64,000 bases of DNA from an uncultured cyanobacterium. Its GTDB lineage: Bacteria > Cyanobacteriota > Cyanobacteriia > Pseudanabaenales > Pseudanabaenaceae. The translations under genes and the position numbers were made by a program. The first letter of the stretch is position 1; each line of letters begins with the position of its first letter. Under the pieces are notes generated by a model, which saw only the letters and a program-made list of their open reading frames with translations, ran no database searches and had not been told where the DNA came from. The DNA lies in assembly GCA_963703315.1 (NCBI GenBank), contig OY969811.1:4096001-4160000 (forward strand), given 5' to 3'. Positions 31,283-42,233 of the stretch are shown here, piece after piece.

Positions 31283-32041
31283 CTATAAAATCTGGGACAA
31301 GAATTTCTTTGTACGCTCTTCTTTAGGATGTTGGAAAAACTCTTCAGGAGTTGCCTCCTCCACAATTACGCCACCATCCATAAATACGATGCGATCGGAT
31401 ACTTCACGGGCAAAGCCGACCTCATGGGTCACAACCACCATCGTCATACCTGAATCAGCCAGCGATCGCATTACATCCAATACTTCACGTACCATCTCAG
31501 GATCGAGCGAAGAAGTCGGCTCATCAAAGAGCATGATTTTTGGTTGCATCGCTAAAGCTCTGGCGATCGCGACCCGTTGCTGCTGTCCACCTGATAGCTG
31601 TAGGGGATACTTGTGCGCTTGTTGGGAAATGCCAACCCGTTCTAATAATTGCGTCGCAACTTCTGAAGCTTTAGTCTTTGACCATTTGCGAACCCATGAC
31701 GGCGCGAGGGTAATATTTTGGAAAACCGTGAGATGCGGGAAGAGATTGAATTGCTGAAACACCATGCCTACTTCTCGCCGAACCGCATCAATATTGCGAT
31801 GATTCTCAGGCGAAAGCTCAAATCCATCAATCACAATTTTGCCCTGTTGATATTCTTCCAAAGCATTAAAAGTTCTCGCAAAAGTGGACTTCCCTGAGCC
31901 AGAAGGTCCCATAATCACCACCACTTCTCCACGGTTGACGGTCAGGCTCACCCCTTTAAGAACATGAAAACTGCCATACCACTTATGCACGTCTTGGGCG
32001 ACAATCATCGGCTCAGTCATGGATGGGGCTAATTCTTGCAT
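31283..32041 (-). CDS. Polar amino acid ABC transporter ATP-binding protein
   Basis: [34 protein letters not shown]. Confidence 0.92.
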   Translation of the reverse strand: MQELAPSMTEPMIVAQDVHKWYGSFHVLKGVSLTVNRGEVVVIMGPSGSGKSTFARTFNALEEYQQGKIVIDGFELSPENHRNIDAVRREVGMVFQQFNLFPHLTVFQNITLAPSWVRKWSKTKASEVATQLLERVGISQQAHKYPLQLSGGQQQRVAIARALAMQPKIMLFDEPTSSLDPEMVREVLDVMRSLADSGMTMVVVTHEVGFAREVSDRIVFMDGGVIVEEATPEEFFQHPKEERTKKFLSQIL

Positions 32042-32056
32042 GGTGTTTGAGTGCTT

Positions 32057-33850
32057 TTATAAACTGTTTTGATGAATCACACGGGCATCAAGTCCGATCG
32101 CCGATCGCACAATGACTTTTAAGACTTCAGCGCGATCGCGATCGGGATAGCCCTGTACCATAATGATATTCCCAAATCTTGAAGGAACTACTTTTGCCGA
32201 AGGAACAGCGCTGCGTACACGATTAAGAACTTCACTGTCTGAAGATGGAATGATCACTAAATAGGGGGTAGTATCTTTCGCTGGAGGTGGCACTAGAGCG
32301 GCAATTTTTGCATTGTAAGGAATTGGTTTGGTTACTACAGGAGTAGTTACTGCGGGAGGAGTTTGGACAGAGGTAGTAGGAATATTTGGTGAGGGTTGAT
32401 TATTGGGAATAAACTGTGATTTCGGTAGATTAACTGGTGGTGTTACAGGAACAGGATCGCGATCAATGAGAACTTCATTAGGACTATTAGAAAAATTTGT
32501 TGTTGAAGTCGTAGAATTATTAACGGGAGTAGCAGTCACCGTCTCAGTATTGGCAATGGAACTAGAATTGGGGTTGGTGATAGATTGAGGTACGTCTGGT
32601 AATGGCTCTATAAAGATACTAGTCGGTGGTAAAACAGGTTTGGGCGTGGGTTGCTTCGCAATGGGTTGATTCGCAATGGGTTGATTAATTGTCGGTTGTG
32701 GCGATCGCGTAATTTCGACAGTATTATTTGCGGTATTACTGGTGGTGTTGGTGGAAACAGGTGCTAATGGCGTAATCGCGACTTCAGGTAAAGGAGCAGT
32801 TGGTGATGCTCCCACAAAAGCAATATCCCCTGCAATCTTTTTGGGATCGAGTTCATTCCCAACTGCAACTTGAGTAACTCCAGAATTATTGTTGAGGTCT
32901 TTTTCCAGATTGTTCCGAAAGATGTTTTTGCCGAGACTATTAGAAGTCCCTAAATCTGGAGTGGGATAGCCTTTACGGTCTTTAAGAATTACAATCCCAC
33001 TGCGCTTATTATCGGCAATTACATTGTTGCGTAGCGTGGGAGCCGACAAGTTGGAAATGACGATTCCATCGGTATTATTGAGAATATTATTATTAGTGAT
33101 CTTCACCCGTGATTTCTGCCCGATCGCTAAGCCAAAACCTGTACTTTCAAAAATATTATTCCGAATTTCGCCCGTACTACTACCTACCGCCGAGAGTCCA
33201 TTTGCGCCATTTTTCTTAAACAGATTTTCGCTGATAGTCGCATCAGCCGTACCCGTGAGAAATACCCCTTCGCGATCGCTATTGGCAAAAGTATTATTCG
33301 CGATCGCCACGCGCTTACCTGACTCCACCCAAACCGCCGTACCTCTAGTATTAGGATTAGTGACAGTAATTCCTTCAATCCTCGCATTATTTTCAGCTAG
33401 TAGCGTAATATTTTGACTAGCAAAGCTGGGACTAATAAACTTGCCGCCGCCCTGAATCACCGTATTGACACCTCTGACGGTCGGTTCGCCTCGTAGTGTT
33501 ACTCCTGCGGGAATCCGAATCGGAAATGTTTCCCCTGTGTCTGCACTATAGACACCTTGCTGTAGCTGAATCACTGTTCCCGCCGCAGGTTTAGTCGCTA
33601 GCGCTGCCGTGATTGAGGGATAGGGATTATTGGGTGATCCATCTCCATTGGGATTAGGACGTGGAGACACATAGATTAATGAGGCTGTCTGTGGTAATTG
33701 GCTGATTTTCCAAGATGACTGGTGCGGCGGTCTTGTCAATGTCACAGGACTAGCTAACATTGCTGGAGCGATCGCCAGAATATTTGTGCATATTGCGATC
33801 GCACTGAAAAAACTAGGTTTGCACCGCATACGGAAGATCCTCTTAACCAA
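32057..33850 (-). CDS. DUF1565 / right-handed beta-helix exported protein with Pro/Thr-rich linker
   Basis: Signal peptide, GDGSPNNPYPSIT, GETFPI, Asn-rich beta-helix repeats. Confidence 0.8.
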   Translation of the reverse strand: MVKRIFRMRCKPSFFSAIAICTNILAIAPAMLASPVTLTRPPHQSSWKISQLPQTASLIYVSPRPNPNGDGSPNNPYPSITAALATKPAAGTVIQLQQGVYSADTGETFPIRIPAGVTLRGEPTVRGVNTVIQGGGKFISPSFASQNITLLAENNARIEGITVTNPNTRGTAVWVESGKRVAIANNTFANSDREGVFLTGTADATISENLFKKNGANGLSAVGSSTGEIRNNIFESTGFGLAIGQKSRVKITNNNILNNTDGIVISNLSAPTLRNNVIADNKRSGIVILKDRKGYPTPDLGTSNSLGKNIFRNNLEKDLNNNSGVTQVAVGNELDPKKIAGDIAFVGASPTAPLPEVAITPLAPVSTNTTSNTANNTVEITRSPQPTINQPIANQPIAKQPTPKPVLPPTSIFIEPLPDVPQSITNPNSSSIANTETVTATPVNNSTTSTTNFSNSPNEVLIDRDPVPVTPPVNLPKSQFIPNNQPSPNIPTTSVQTPPAVTTPVVTKPIPYNAKIAALVPPPAKDTTPYLVIIPSSDSEVLNRVRSAVPSAKVVPSRFGNIIMVQGYPDRDRAEVLKVIVRSAIGLDARVIHQNSL

Positions 33851-34091
33851 CGGACAAAATCAAATTAAAAGTGCATACTTTTGCCAATCAAAATACACGA
33901 AAATTCAACCACTTGCTTAAATTCTTTAAAAATAAAACGTGATACCTAGCCTAGTGATAGCAGACAAATATCAGAATTATAAGTGTGAAAACTCAAAGCT
34001 GTGGGGTTTTAGTTTTATTGCACAGTGCTACTTAGCATAAAATAGCTAGAGATTAACTTTTATTGAGCAGGGATATTTAAAGAGGCAACAC

Positions 34092-34799
34092 ATGGGGCAA
34101 ACACTCGAAGCTGTAGCGATTAATGATCAAATCAATTACCACACCGAAAAATATCGCGACGCTTACAGTCGGATCAATGCGATCGTCATTGAGGGAGAAG
34201 CTGAGGCAAACAGCAATTATCTGCAATTGGCAGAGCTAATGCCCAAATTTAAAGAAGATCTCATCAAGCTTGCCAAGATGGAGGAACGCCACAAGAAAGG
34301 ATTTACTGCCTGTGGTAAAAACCTCAGTGTTACCCCAGACATGGAATTTGCTGAGAAATTCTTTGCTGAACTGCATAGCAATTTCCAAAAAGCCTTTGCA
34401 AATGGGGATATTGTCACTTGCTTACTGATCCAATCACTTATCATTGAGTGCTTTGCGATCGCTGCTTACAACATCTATATTCCTGTTGCCGATCCTTTTG
34501 CTCGCAAGATTACAGAAGGTGTCATCAAAGACGAATATTTGCATCTTAACTTTGGCGAAGAATGGTTGCAAGATCATTTTGAACAGTCCAAAGCAACTTT
34601 GGAACAAGCCAACCGTCAAAACTTGCCGATCGTTTGGAAGATGCTGAACCAAGTCGAAACCGATGCCAAGGTTTTGGGTATGGAGAAAGAAGCTTTAGTC
34701 GAAGACTTCATGATCCAATATGGCGAAAGTCTGAATAAGATCGGTTTCAATACCCGCGACATCATGAAAATGTCAGCGATGGGCTTAGTCGCAGCTTAA
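34092..34799 (+). CDS. ado: Aldehyde-deformylating oxygenase
   Basis: [36 protein letters not shown]. Confidence 0.96.
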   Translation: MGQTLEAVAINDQINYHTEKYRDAYSRINAIVIEGEAEANSNYLQLAELMPKFKEDLIKLAKMEERHKKGFTACGKNLSVTPDMEFAEKFFAELHSNFQKAFANGDIVTCLLIQSLIIECFAIAAYNIYIPVADPFARKITEGVIKDEYLHLNFGEEWLQDHFEQSKATLEQANRQNLPIVWKMLNQVETDAKVLGMEKEALVEDFMIQYGESLNKIGFNTRDIMKMSAMGLVAA

Positions 34800-34902
34800 T
34801 GACTATTAGCAGTTAGCTAACTTCTAACTGCTAAAATAGCTGTTTAAAGAGCTGTTTAAAGAAATAATAATTTCTAAAAAAATTCTCAATATAAATAAAA
34901 AA

Positions 34903-34937
34903 GCTAATAGCTAATTGCTAATAGCTAATTGCTAATA
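34903..34937. repeat. Heptamer tandem repeat (GCTAATW x5), STRR-like
   Basis: gctaata gctaatt gctaata gctaatt gctaata, just upstream of aar. Confidence 0.8.
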
Positions 34938-34958
34938 AAAAACTGGTAACTGTAATCG

Positions 34959-35978
34959 ATGTTTGGTCTCATTGGGCATTTGACAAGTCTTGAACACGCT
35001 CAGTCTGTAGCAAGGGAATTAGGCTATCCCGAATATGCCGATCAAGGTTTGGAATTTTGGTGTAGCGCTCCACCCCAAATTGTCGATCACATCAAAGTTA
35101 CGAGTGCCACAGGTCAGCAGATCGAAGGCTTATATGTAGAGTCATGCTTCCTGCCTGAAATGTTGGCAGGCAGCAAAATTAAAACTGCTATTCGTAAAAT
35201 TCTCAATGCGATGGCTCATGCCCAAAAAAATGATATTGATATCACGGCTTTGGGCGGGTTTTCATCGATTATTTTTGAAAATTTCAACTTGGCACAAATG
35301 TCCAGTGTGCGAAATATTCAACTAGAATTCAATCGCTTCACCACAGGTAATACGCATACCGCCTATATTATTTGCCGTCAGATCGAAGAGGCTAGCCGCA
35401 AATTTGGGATTGACTTAGCAAAAGCGACAGTCACGGTTTGTGGAGCAACGGGAGATATTGGTAGCGCTGTATGTCGTTGGCTGGACGCACGTACTAATAT
35501 CAAAGACTTATTGCTAGTCGCCCGCAATCAAGAACGCTTACAGGAATTACAAGCCCAACTTGGACGCGGTAAAGTCATGAGTATCGAGGAAGCTTTGCCC
35601 CAGTCCGATATTATTGTCTGGGTGGCAAGTATGGCAAAGGGCATGGCGATCGATGCAACTACCCTTAAGCGTCCTTGTATTTTGATCGATGGTGGCTATC
35701 CTAAAAATATGTCTACCCTCGTTCAAGAAGAAGGGATTCATGTCATTGATGGCGGCATCGTTGAGCATAGTCTCGATATTGACTGGAAGATCATGAAAAT
35801 TGTCAATATGACAGCGCCAGCCCGTCAGCTTTTTGCCTGTTTTGCCGAAGCGATGCTCTTAGAGTTTGAAGGTTGGCACACCAATTTCTCATGGGGACGC
35901 AATCAAATCAGCCTTGACAATATGGACAAAATTGGTGCAGTGTCTGTCAAACATGGATTCAGACCACTAATAAATTAA
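34959..35978 (+). CDS. aar: Long-chain acyl-ACP reductase
   Basis: [34 protein letters not shown]. Adjacent to ado. Confidence 0.96.
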   Translation: MFGLIGHLTSLEHAQSVARELGYPEYADQGLEFWCSAPPQIVDHIKVTSATGQQIEGLYVESCFLPEMLAGSKIKTAIRKILNAMAHAQKNDIDITALGGFSSIIFENFNLAQMSSVRNIQLEFNRFTTGNTHTAYIICRQIEEASRKFGIDLAKATVTVCGATGDIGSAVCRWLDARTNIKDLLLVARNQERLQELQAQLGRGKVMSIEEALPQSDIIVWVASMAKGMAIDATTLKRPCILIDGGYPKNMSTLVQEEGIHVIDGGIVEHSLDIDWKIMKIVNMTAPARQLFACFAEAMLLEFEGWHTNFSWGRNQISLDNMDKIGAVSVKHGFRPLIN

Positions 35979-36113
35979 TACATTACACAGTAAAGGAGGC
36001 AAGATGAGCCTCCTTTACTGTGTAAAATTTGGTTTCTAATTGTGCCGAGGTACTTAGAAAGGCAAGGCGCAAACCACTGTTGTAAATTTAGAGATTTCTT
36101 ATAAATTGCAAAT

Positions 36114-37016
36114 ATGACTCAAAAGATTGCATTTCTTGGCTTGGGGGTAATGGGTGGGGCAATGTCTGCCAACTTGGTGAAACGTGGTTATTCAGTGATT
36201 GGGTGGAATCGGACTAAAAATCGCCCCACGATCGCCCCATTTATTAATGCAGGGGGTACTTTAGCAGACTCTTTACAAGACGCAGTAAAAGACGCAACTG
36301 TAGTCTTTTCTTGCTTAGGTGATGTCCCTGATGTGACTGAAGTACTCATCGGTGAACAGGGGGCGATGAATTTTGCTAAGGCAAATACTTTATTTATTGA
36401 TGCTAGTACGATTGGCAATGAGGCGGCTAAATATATTGGTAATGCGTTAATCCATGATGGTTTACGCTTTTTAGATGCACCAGTTTCGGGTGGAGATGTG
36501 GGCGCACGTAATGGCACATTGACCTTTATGGTTGGTGGTAATCCAGAAGATTTGCAGGAATGTTTGCCTTTATTTGAGGCTATGGGTAGCAATATTAAAC
36601 ATTGTGGGGCGATCGGTAGCGGTCAAGCGGTGAAGATGTGCAATCAAACCCTAGTATCGGTGTATATGCTAGCGCTTTGTGAAACTATGCAAATGGCACA
36701 AAAAATGGGGATTGATCCGCAACTAATTGTTGATGTGTGTGGTAGTGGTGCGGCTGGCTCATGGGCGTTGACGAATCTGGGCATGAAGGTGGCGACGGGG
36801 GATTATCAAGCAGGATTTGCGATTAAACATATGCTTAAGGATTTACGTTTGGTACAAGAGATTAGTCAGGCGGATTGCCCCGATTCATCACCAGATTTTG
36901 CGGTAACTTTACCTGCGATCGCTTTAGCTATGCAAAAATTTCAACAAGTGAGTCAGCTTGATGATGGACAAGGTGCAGAGCAAGGCACACAAGCGATGAT
37001 TCGCGCTTACAAATAA
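36114..37016 (+). CDS. NAD(P)-dependent beta-hydroxyacid dehydrogenase
   Basis: FLGLGVMG, DAPVSGG, GQAVKMCNQ, KDL. Confidence 0.9.
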   Translation: MTQKIAFLGLGVMGGAMSANLVKRGYSVIGWNRTKNRPTIAPFINAGGTLADSLQDAVKDATVVFSCLGDVPDVTEVLIGEQGAMNFAKANTLFIDASTIGNEAAKYIGNALIHDGLRFLDAPVSGGDVGARNGTLTFMVGGNPEDLQECLPLFEAMGSNIKHCGAIGSGQAVKMCNQTLVSVYMLALCETMQMAQKMGIDPQLIVDVCGSGAAGSWALTNLGMKVATGDYQAGFAIKHMLKDLRLVQEISQADCPDSSPDFAVTLPAIALAMQKFQQVSQLDDGQGAEQGTQAMIRAYK

Positions 37017-37152
37017 ACAAAAGTACGCTTCGCGTACTTTTGTTTATTTGTGATAAATCTTAAATTGTTAAAAATCTAGCAAACTCAAGCAAGTATGCTT
37101 TGATACAATGCGAAGTTAATCCCGTAATGCTGCCTCCGCTCCTCCAGAAAAA

Positions 37153-38322
37153 ATGCAACTGGCAAAACGACTTCGTAATATTCAGCCTTCCTTAACTCTA
37201 GCGATCGACGCGAAAGCTAAGGCGATGAAGGCTAGTGGAATTGATATTTGTAGCTTTAGTGCTGGCGAACCAGACTTTGATACGCCCGATCACATTAAGG
37301 CTGCGGCAAAAACTGCCCTTGACCAAGGTAAAACCCGCTACACTGCGGCAGCAGGTATACCAGAACTCAAACAGGCGATCGCCTCTAAACTCCTAAAAGA
37401 TAATCAGCTAACCTATAAGCCCGAACAAATCATTGTCACTAATGGCGGTAAGCACTCGCTCTACAACCTGATGATGGCAATCCTTGATGAAGGTGATGAA
37501 GTAATTATTCCTGTGCCTTTTTGGGTGAGCTATCCCGAAATGGCAAAACTTGCTGAGGCAACACCAATATTTGTAGTCACTTCCGAAGAGAATGGCTACA
37601 AGATTACTCCTGAACAATTGGAAGCGGCGATTAATCCTAAAACCAAGTTATTTATTCTCAATTCTCCTTCTAATCCCACAGGGATGGTTTACTCGCCTGC
37701 GGAAATAAAAGCATTAGCTGAAGTTCTTGAGCGACATCCACAGGTTTATATCGTTTCTGATGAGATTTACGAAAAGATTCTCTACGATGGGGCAACTCAT
37801 CTCAGCATTGCTACGGTTAGTCAAGCTATGTACGATCGCACTTTGATTAGTAGTGGTTTTGCTAAGGCTTACTCGATGACGGGTTGGCGAGTTGGCTATT
37901 TGGCAGGTGCGTCCGAAATCATTAAGGCAGCCACGACAATTCAAGGACATAGCACCTCGAATATCTGTACCTTTGCTCAGTATGGTGCTGTCACTGCTCT
38001 GAATGATTCCCAAGAATGTGTGGAAACAATGCGAAAAGCTTTTGCTGAGCGTCGCGATGTTATGTATGACCTGTTAACTTCTATTTCAGGAATTACTTGT
38101 CCAAAACCTGATGGCGCATTCTATCTTTTCCCTAGCATCAAATCCTTTGGGATTCCTTCCCTTGATTTTTGCGATAAATTGCTAGAAGAATTCCAAGTTG
38201 CGGTGATTCCGGGGATTGCCTTCGGACTTGATCATTGCATTCGTCTTTCCTATGCTACTAATTTAGAAACGATTCGTGAAGGTTGCGATCGCATTCGTCA
38301 ATTCACTGCAAAACATTTTTAG
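37153..38322 (+). CDS. Class I PLP-dependent (aspartate) aminotransferase
   Basis: [30 protein letters not shown]. Confidence 0.92.
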   Translation: MQLAKRLRNIQPSLTLAIDAKAKAMKASGIDICSFSAGEPDFDTPDHIKAAAKTALDQGKTRYTAAAGIPELKQAIASKLLKDNQLTYKPEQIIVTNGGKHSLYNLMMAILDEGDEVIIPVPFWVSYPEMAKLAEATPIFVVTSEENGYKITPEQLEAAINPKTKLFILNSPSNPTGMVYSPAEIKALAEVLERHPQVYIVSDEIYEKILYDGATHLSIATVSQAMYDRTLISSGFAKAYSMTGWRVGYLAGASEIIKAATTIQGHSTSNICTFAQYGAVTALNDSQECVETMRKAFAERRDVMYDLLTSISGITCPKPDGAFYLFPSIKSFGIPSLDFCDKLLEEFQVAVIPGIAFGLDHCIRLSYATNLETIREGCDRIRQFTAKHF

Positions 38323-38469
38323 AGCCATGCTTGAGTGAATCCCCAAAAAGTTGATAGCGGCGCAAAGCGCCGCTATCAACTTTTTGGGACGCGCAGTAAA
38401 CTAAACTTTTGGTGGCGCGGCGAAGCCGCACCACCAAAAGTCTGAAATCTTAGGGCGGAAGATCAACTA

Positions 38470-39651
38470 GTGAGAGTGCTTCATATTATTCCTTCGGTAT
38501 CGCCAGTGCGTGGTGGTCCTAGCCAAGCAATCATCGAAATGGTAAAGGCTTTGCGATCGCAAGGTATTGATGCGGAGATTGTGACCACGAATGATAATGG
38601 CAAAGATGTACTGGATGTGCCGCTATGCGAACTTACCGATCAATTAGGGGAATATGCAAATGTGCCGATTCGATTTTTCCCCAGACTTTCACCAAATATC
38701 CATGCAGTGCGTGAGTTTGCCTATTCAGGCGCGATGACGGTTTGGCTATGGCAATATATTACGGATTACGACATCATTCATGTCCACGCGATTTTCTCCT
38801 ACACTTCCACGATCGCAATGGCGATCGCCCGTATTAAGCAAGTTCCCTATATCAATCGTCCCCTCGGACAGCTATGTGAATGGTCTTTACAACAAAGCCA
38901 ACTTCGCAAACACATTTATCTCAATTTAATTGAACGCTCTAATTTATTGCATAGTCAAGCTCTCCATTTTACGGCTGAGCAAGAACGCATAGAGTTTAAT
39001 CAACTAGGTTTAAAGATTCCCAACTTTGTTTTGCCTCATGGGGTTCACATTCCTAAGCTAATTCCCAATGCTCAGGAGCAATTACACAATATCCTCCAAG
39101 TTCCTGATCACATTCCCATTATTTTGTTTATGTCACGTATCCATCCCAAAAAAGGACTGGAATACTTGATTCCTGCGCTTGGTAAATTAAAAGATGATAA
39201 CTTTGTCTTCGCGATCGCAGGTAGTGGCGAACCAGACTATGTGCAGCAAATTAAAGAATTACTAGTAACTCATGGCATTAGCGATCTCACGCATCTAGTT
39301 GGCTTTGTTAAAGGTGAAACTAAAAATCTCTATTTGCAAGGTGCAGATTTATTTGTGCTGACTTCGCACTCGGAAAACTTTGGTATTGCTGTAATCGAAG
39401 CCTTAGCTTCAGCAACTCCTGTGTTAATTACTGAGGGTGTAGCGATCTCGCCAATAGTGAAAGAGCAGAAGATTGGTTATGTTACTAACCTTGATGTAGA
39501 AGCGATCTTTATTGCGCTCCAACAATTTTTGGAGCAGCCTCAACTTACTAAACAAATAGGCGATCGCGCCCAGCAATACATCACTGAAAATTATAGTTGG
39601 ACTCAAATAGCCCATAGCCTGATCGACATATATAGCAACCTAAACAAGTGA
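38470..39651 (+). CDS. GT4 family glycosyltransferase
   Basis: SRIHPKKG, SHSENFGIAVIEALA. Confidence 0.9.
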   Translation: MRVLHIIPSVSPVRGGPSQAIIEMVKALRSQGIDAEIVTTNDNGKDVLDVPLCELTDQLGEYANVPIRFFPRLSPNIHAVREFAYSGAMTVWLWQYITDYDIIHVHAIFSYTSTIAMAIARIKQVPYINRPLGQLCEWSLQQSQLRKHIYLNLIERSNLLHSQALHFTAEQERIEFNQLGLKIPNFVLPHGVHIPKLIPNAQEQLHNILQVPDHIPIILFMSRIHPKKGLEYLIPALGKLKDDNFVFAIAGSGEPDYVQQIKELLVTHGISDLTHLVGFVKGETKNLYLQGADLFVLTSHSENFGIAVIEALASATPVLITEGVAISPIVKEQKIGYVTNLDVEAIFIALQQFLEQPQLTKQIGDRAQQYITENYSWTQIAHSLIDIYSNLNK

Positions 39652-39682
39652 ATTGCGGCGCTTCGCGCCGCAATTCACTTAT

Positions 39683-41320
39683 TTAGACATTGGCTAACTC
39701 TTTCATCGGTGCGGCAAGAGCTTCTTCTAACGGGGCGCGTCCTAGACGCTCTTCGAGAATATTCATCACCGTGCGTCCGAAATCATCATCATCACGCTTC
39801 CATGCTTCCAAACAAACTTCGCCAAAGAAAGAACCAAGAGGTTCAGGATTCCAAAGTAGTTTCTTGGCAGTCCAAGGCATCATACTCATGGGGTTGTAGT
39901 CGGGTTTGAGTATGTTATTTTTGAAAGCATAATCTTCTAAATGGGTATGGGGTTGCAAACCAATGAAGAAGATTGCAGGTTCCACTTTGTCCGCACCAAA
40001 TATAGATTCTAATTCGCGGTGATAGGCGATCGTTTGACGCACGGTTTCTAGAGTTTCATCAATCACATTGAAGGAATAATTGACGGATACTAATTCATTA
40101 AAACCTGCGGCTCTAAGATCGCGACAGTTTTGTAAAACGGATTTGAGGTTATAGCCCATTCGCATTTTACGCACTAATTCTTGAGAGCCGCTAGTAATAC
40201 CGATCTCGAAGTAACTCATGCCTGTCTCGACCATCAACTGACAGAGGTAAGGTGTGAGATTGTCCGCCCGAATATAAGCCGCCCAATGGATGTCAGTCAT
40301 GCCCGATGCTTTGACTTTTTCAAGAAGTTCTACCGCATCATCAATGAATTTTTTGGCGGGAATGAACTGAGCATCGGTAAACCAGAAATTGCGAACGCCG
40401 CGATCGTAGAGTGTCCGCATTTCCTTAATTACTTCATCGGTAGGATTGATGCGAACTTGTTTTCCTTCGATGACGGTGTAGATGCAGTAGCAACAGTTAT
40501 GAGGACAGCCGCGCTTGGTTTGGACACCAATATAAAAGTCGCGATCGCGAAAATAGTAATTAAAATCTTCCCAAATTGATTCGATATATTCGTAATTACA
40601 AGCACTTTTTTCAATCGGTGCGGGTTGCTCATGGATAAGTCTGGCACGCGGTTTGGTTTCACCCACCACATAGCAGCGATCGCTGGCAATTTCCCGACCT
40701 TGTACCAAACGCTCTAGCAATGATTCACCTTCACCAACGGAAATAATCGTTCCCTTTGGCAAGATATTGCCGAGTTGCTCATAAAATACGCTCACCGCCC
40801 CACCCCCAATCACGGCTCTGGCTTCAGGATGATAGCGTCTAGCACGAGCTAAACCCCGTCTAATTAATTGAGAATTGCGCCAAAGCTCAGTGTAGTAAGA
40901 GGTAAATAACCTCAATCCATTTACGGCTCCGCGCAATTTCTTAAATGGATTTTTGGCATAGTAAAACTCAAAGGCATTTTGGAGAGGATTGCCACCGCGT
41001 CCGCCCACGGGTGCATAGATCTGGATATCACGCCATGAAAATACTAATAAGTTGGGTTGAAACTTGTCGATCGCCCGATCTAGAGCAGCATAAAAATCAA
41101 GAGGCGGTACTGTGCCTAAGTCAAAAATATTTTGCTGCACATGGGGCGCAACCTTATGAATATGATCGGATAAATAAACTACACCAATGGGAAAAATCGG
41201 GTTACAGGGTAGGCGAATGTAGAGAATGCGATCGCAACCCTTAGATACATCGTTAGATATAGCCGTAGATATGTCATCAGATGAGGTGCTGTCATTGATT
41301 TGGAGAGCATTGGTAGGCAT
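39683..41320 (-). CDS. Photosystem II high-light acclimation radical SAM protein (Slr0320-like)
   Basis: RLPCNPIFPIGVVYL N-terminus and CxxxCxxC (CPHNCCYC). Confidence 0.88.
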   Translation of the reverse strand: MPTNALQINDSTSSDDISTAISNDVSKGCDRILYIRLPCNPIFPIGVVYLSDHIHKVAPHVQQNIFDLGTVPPLDFYAALDRAIDKFQPNLLVFSWRDIQIYAPVGGRGGNPLQNAFEFYYAKNPFKKLRGAVNGLRLFTSYYTELWRNSQLIRRGLARARRYHPEARAVIGGGAVSVFYEQLGNILPKGTIISVGEGESLLERLVQGREIASDRCYVVGETKPRARLIHEQPAPIEKSACNYEYIESIWEDFNYYFRDRDFYIGVQTKRGCPHNCCYCIYTVIEGKQVRINPTDEVIKEMRTLYDRGVRNFWFTDAQFIPAKKFIDDAVELLEKVKASGMTDIHWAAYIRADNLTPYLCQLMVETGMSYFEIGITSGSQELVRKMRMGYNLKSVLQNCRDLRAAGFNELVSVNYSFNVIDETLETVRQTIAYHRELESIFGADKVEPAIFFIGLQPHTHLEDYAFKNNILKPDYNPMSMMPWTAKKLLWNPEPLGSFFGEVCLEAWKRDDDDFGRTVMNILEERLGRAPLEEALAAPMKELANV

Positions 41321-41859
41321 GGAATTTTTATATGATTTTTGTATTAATTTTTTATTATTTTTGTAAATGGAGATTGGTTTCCCGTCGAGGTTGGGGATAT
41401 AGGCGCTAATAAAACTTTACATATCTTAATTGTATTCATTTTAACGTCAGTGCGATCGCCATGCCCTCTATTGCCCAAAAGAGAGAGGCGGCACTTTGCG
41501 CCGCCTCTCTCTTTTGGGTTAGATGTTATTTTTGCTAGTTTTTATACTTTTTATGAGTTGAATGTATCTCACAGCAAAATTTTCATAATTCCATGACAGG
41601 AATCAATCGGTCGGGGATCAAATTTGACACTTACTTAGTTAATAGTTGGTAGTAGTGTTTACAATCGCGAAGTAGTTTTGAGTGTTAGCTTTATATCTAG
41701 TTGAAATTGCGAAATTTTTATTCTTGTGAACTCCAAAGATATCGGCAGGGTTTATTTGGTTTAATTAAGAATATTTTTTTGTTTGTGACTAAATAGCGAT
41801 TAACAAAATCGCAAAAACTTACTACTTCTTAGCTTAGTAAACTTTATCTGAAAAACACT

Positions 41860-42231
41860 ATGTCTATATTTGACCCATTACCTGCTGATCTGCACGATAA
41901 AAAAATCATCTGCTCCTACGTCAATGCCACCAGCAAAATTCAAATTGCCCGCATCACCGATGTTCCCCAATGGTACTTTGAGCGTGTTGTCTTTCCGGGG
42001 CAGAACCTAATATTTGAAGCGATCGCCTCCGCTCATCTAGAGATTCACACAGGAATGATGGCAAGCTCCATACTTTCGGATACAATTCCCTGTGTCCAAT
42101 TACAGGTAGAAGAAGCTAGCTCCACCTTGCCAAGCTGGGTTCCCATCAAACAGATGGGGGATGATGATCCCTTTGATGGTTTAGAGGAGCTAGAGATAAG
42201 TTCTTTGCCTGCACCTGAAGCGGTCTCCTAA
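41860..42231 (+). CDS. DUF1830 domain protein
   Basis: CSYVNATSKIQIARI, YFERVVFPGQ. Confidence 0.85.
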   Translation: MSIFDPLPADLHDKKIICSYVNATSKIQIARITDVPQWYFERVVFPGQNLIFEAIASAHLEIHTGMMASSILSDTIPCVQLQVEEASSTLPSWVPIKQMGDDDPFDGLEELEISSLPAPEAVS

Positions 42232-42233
42232 AA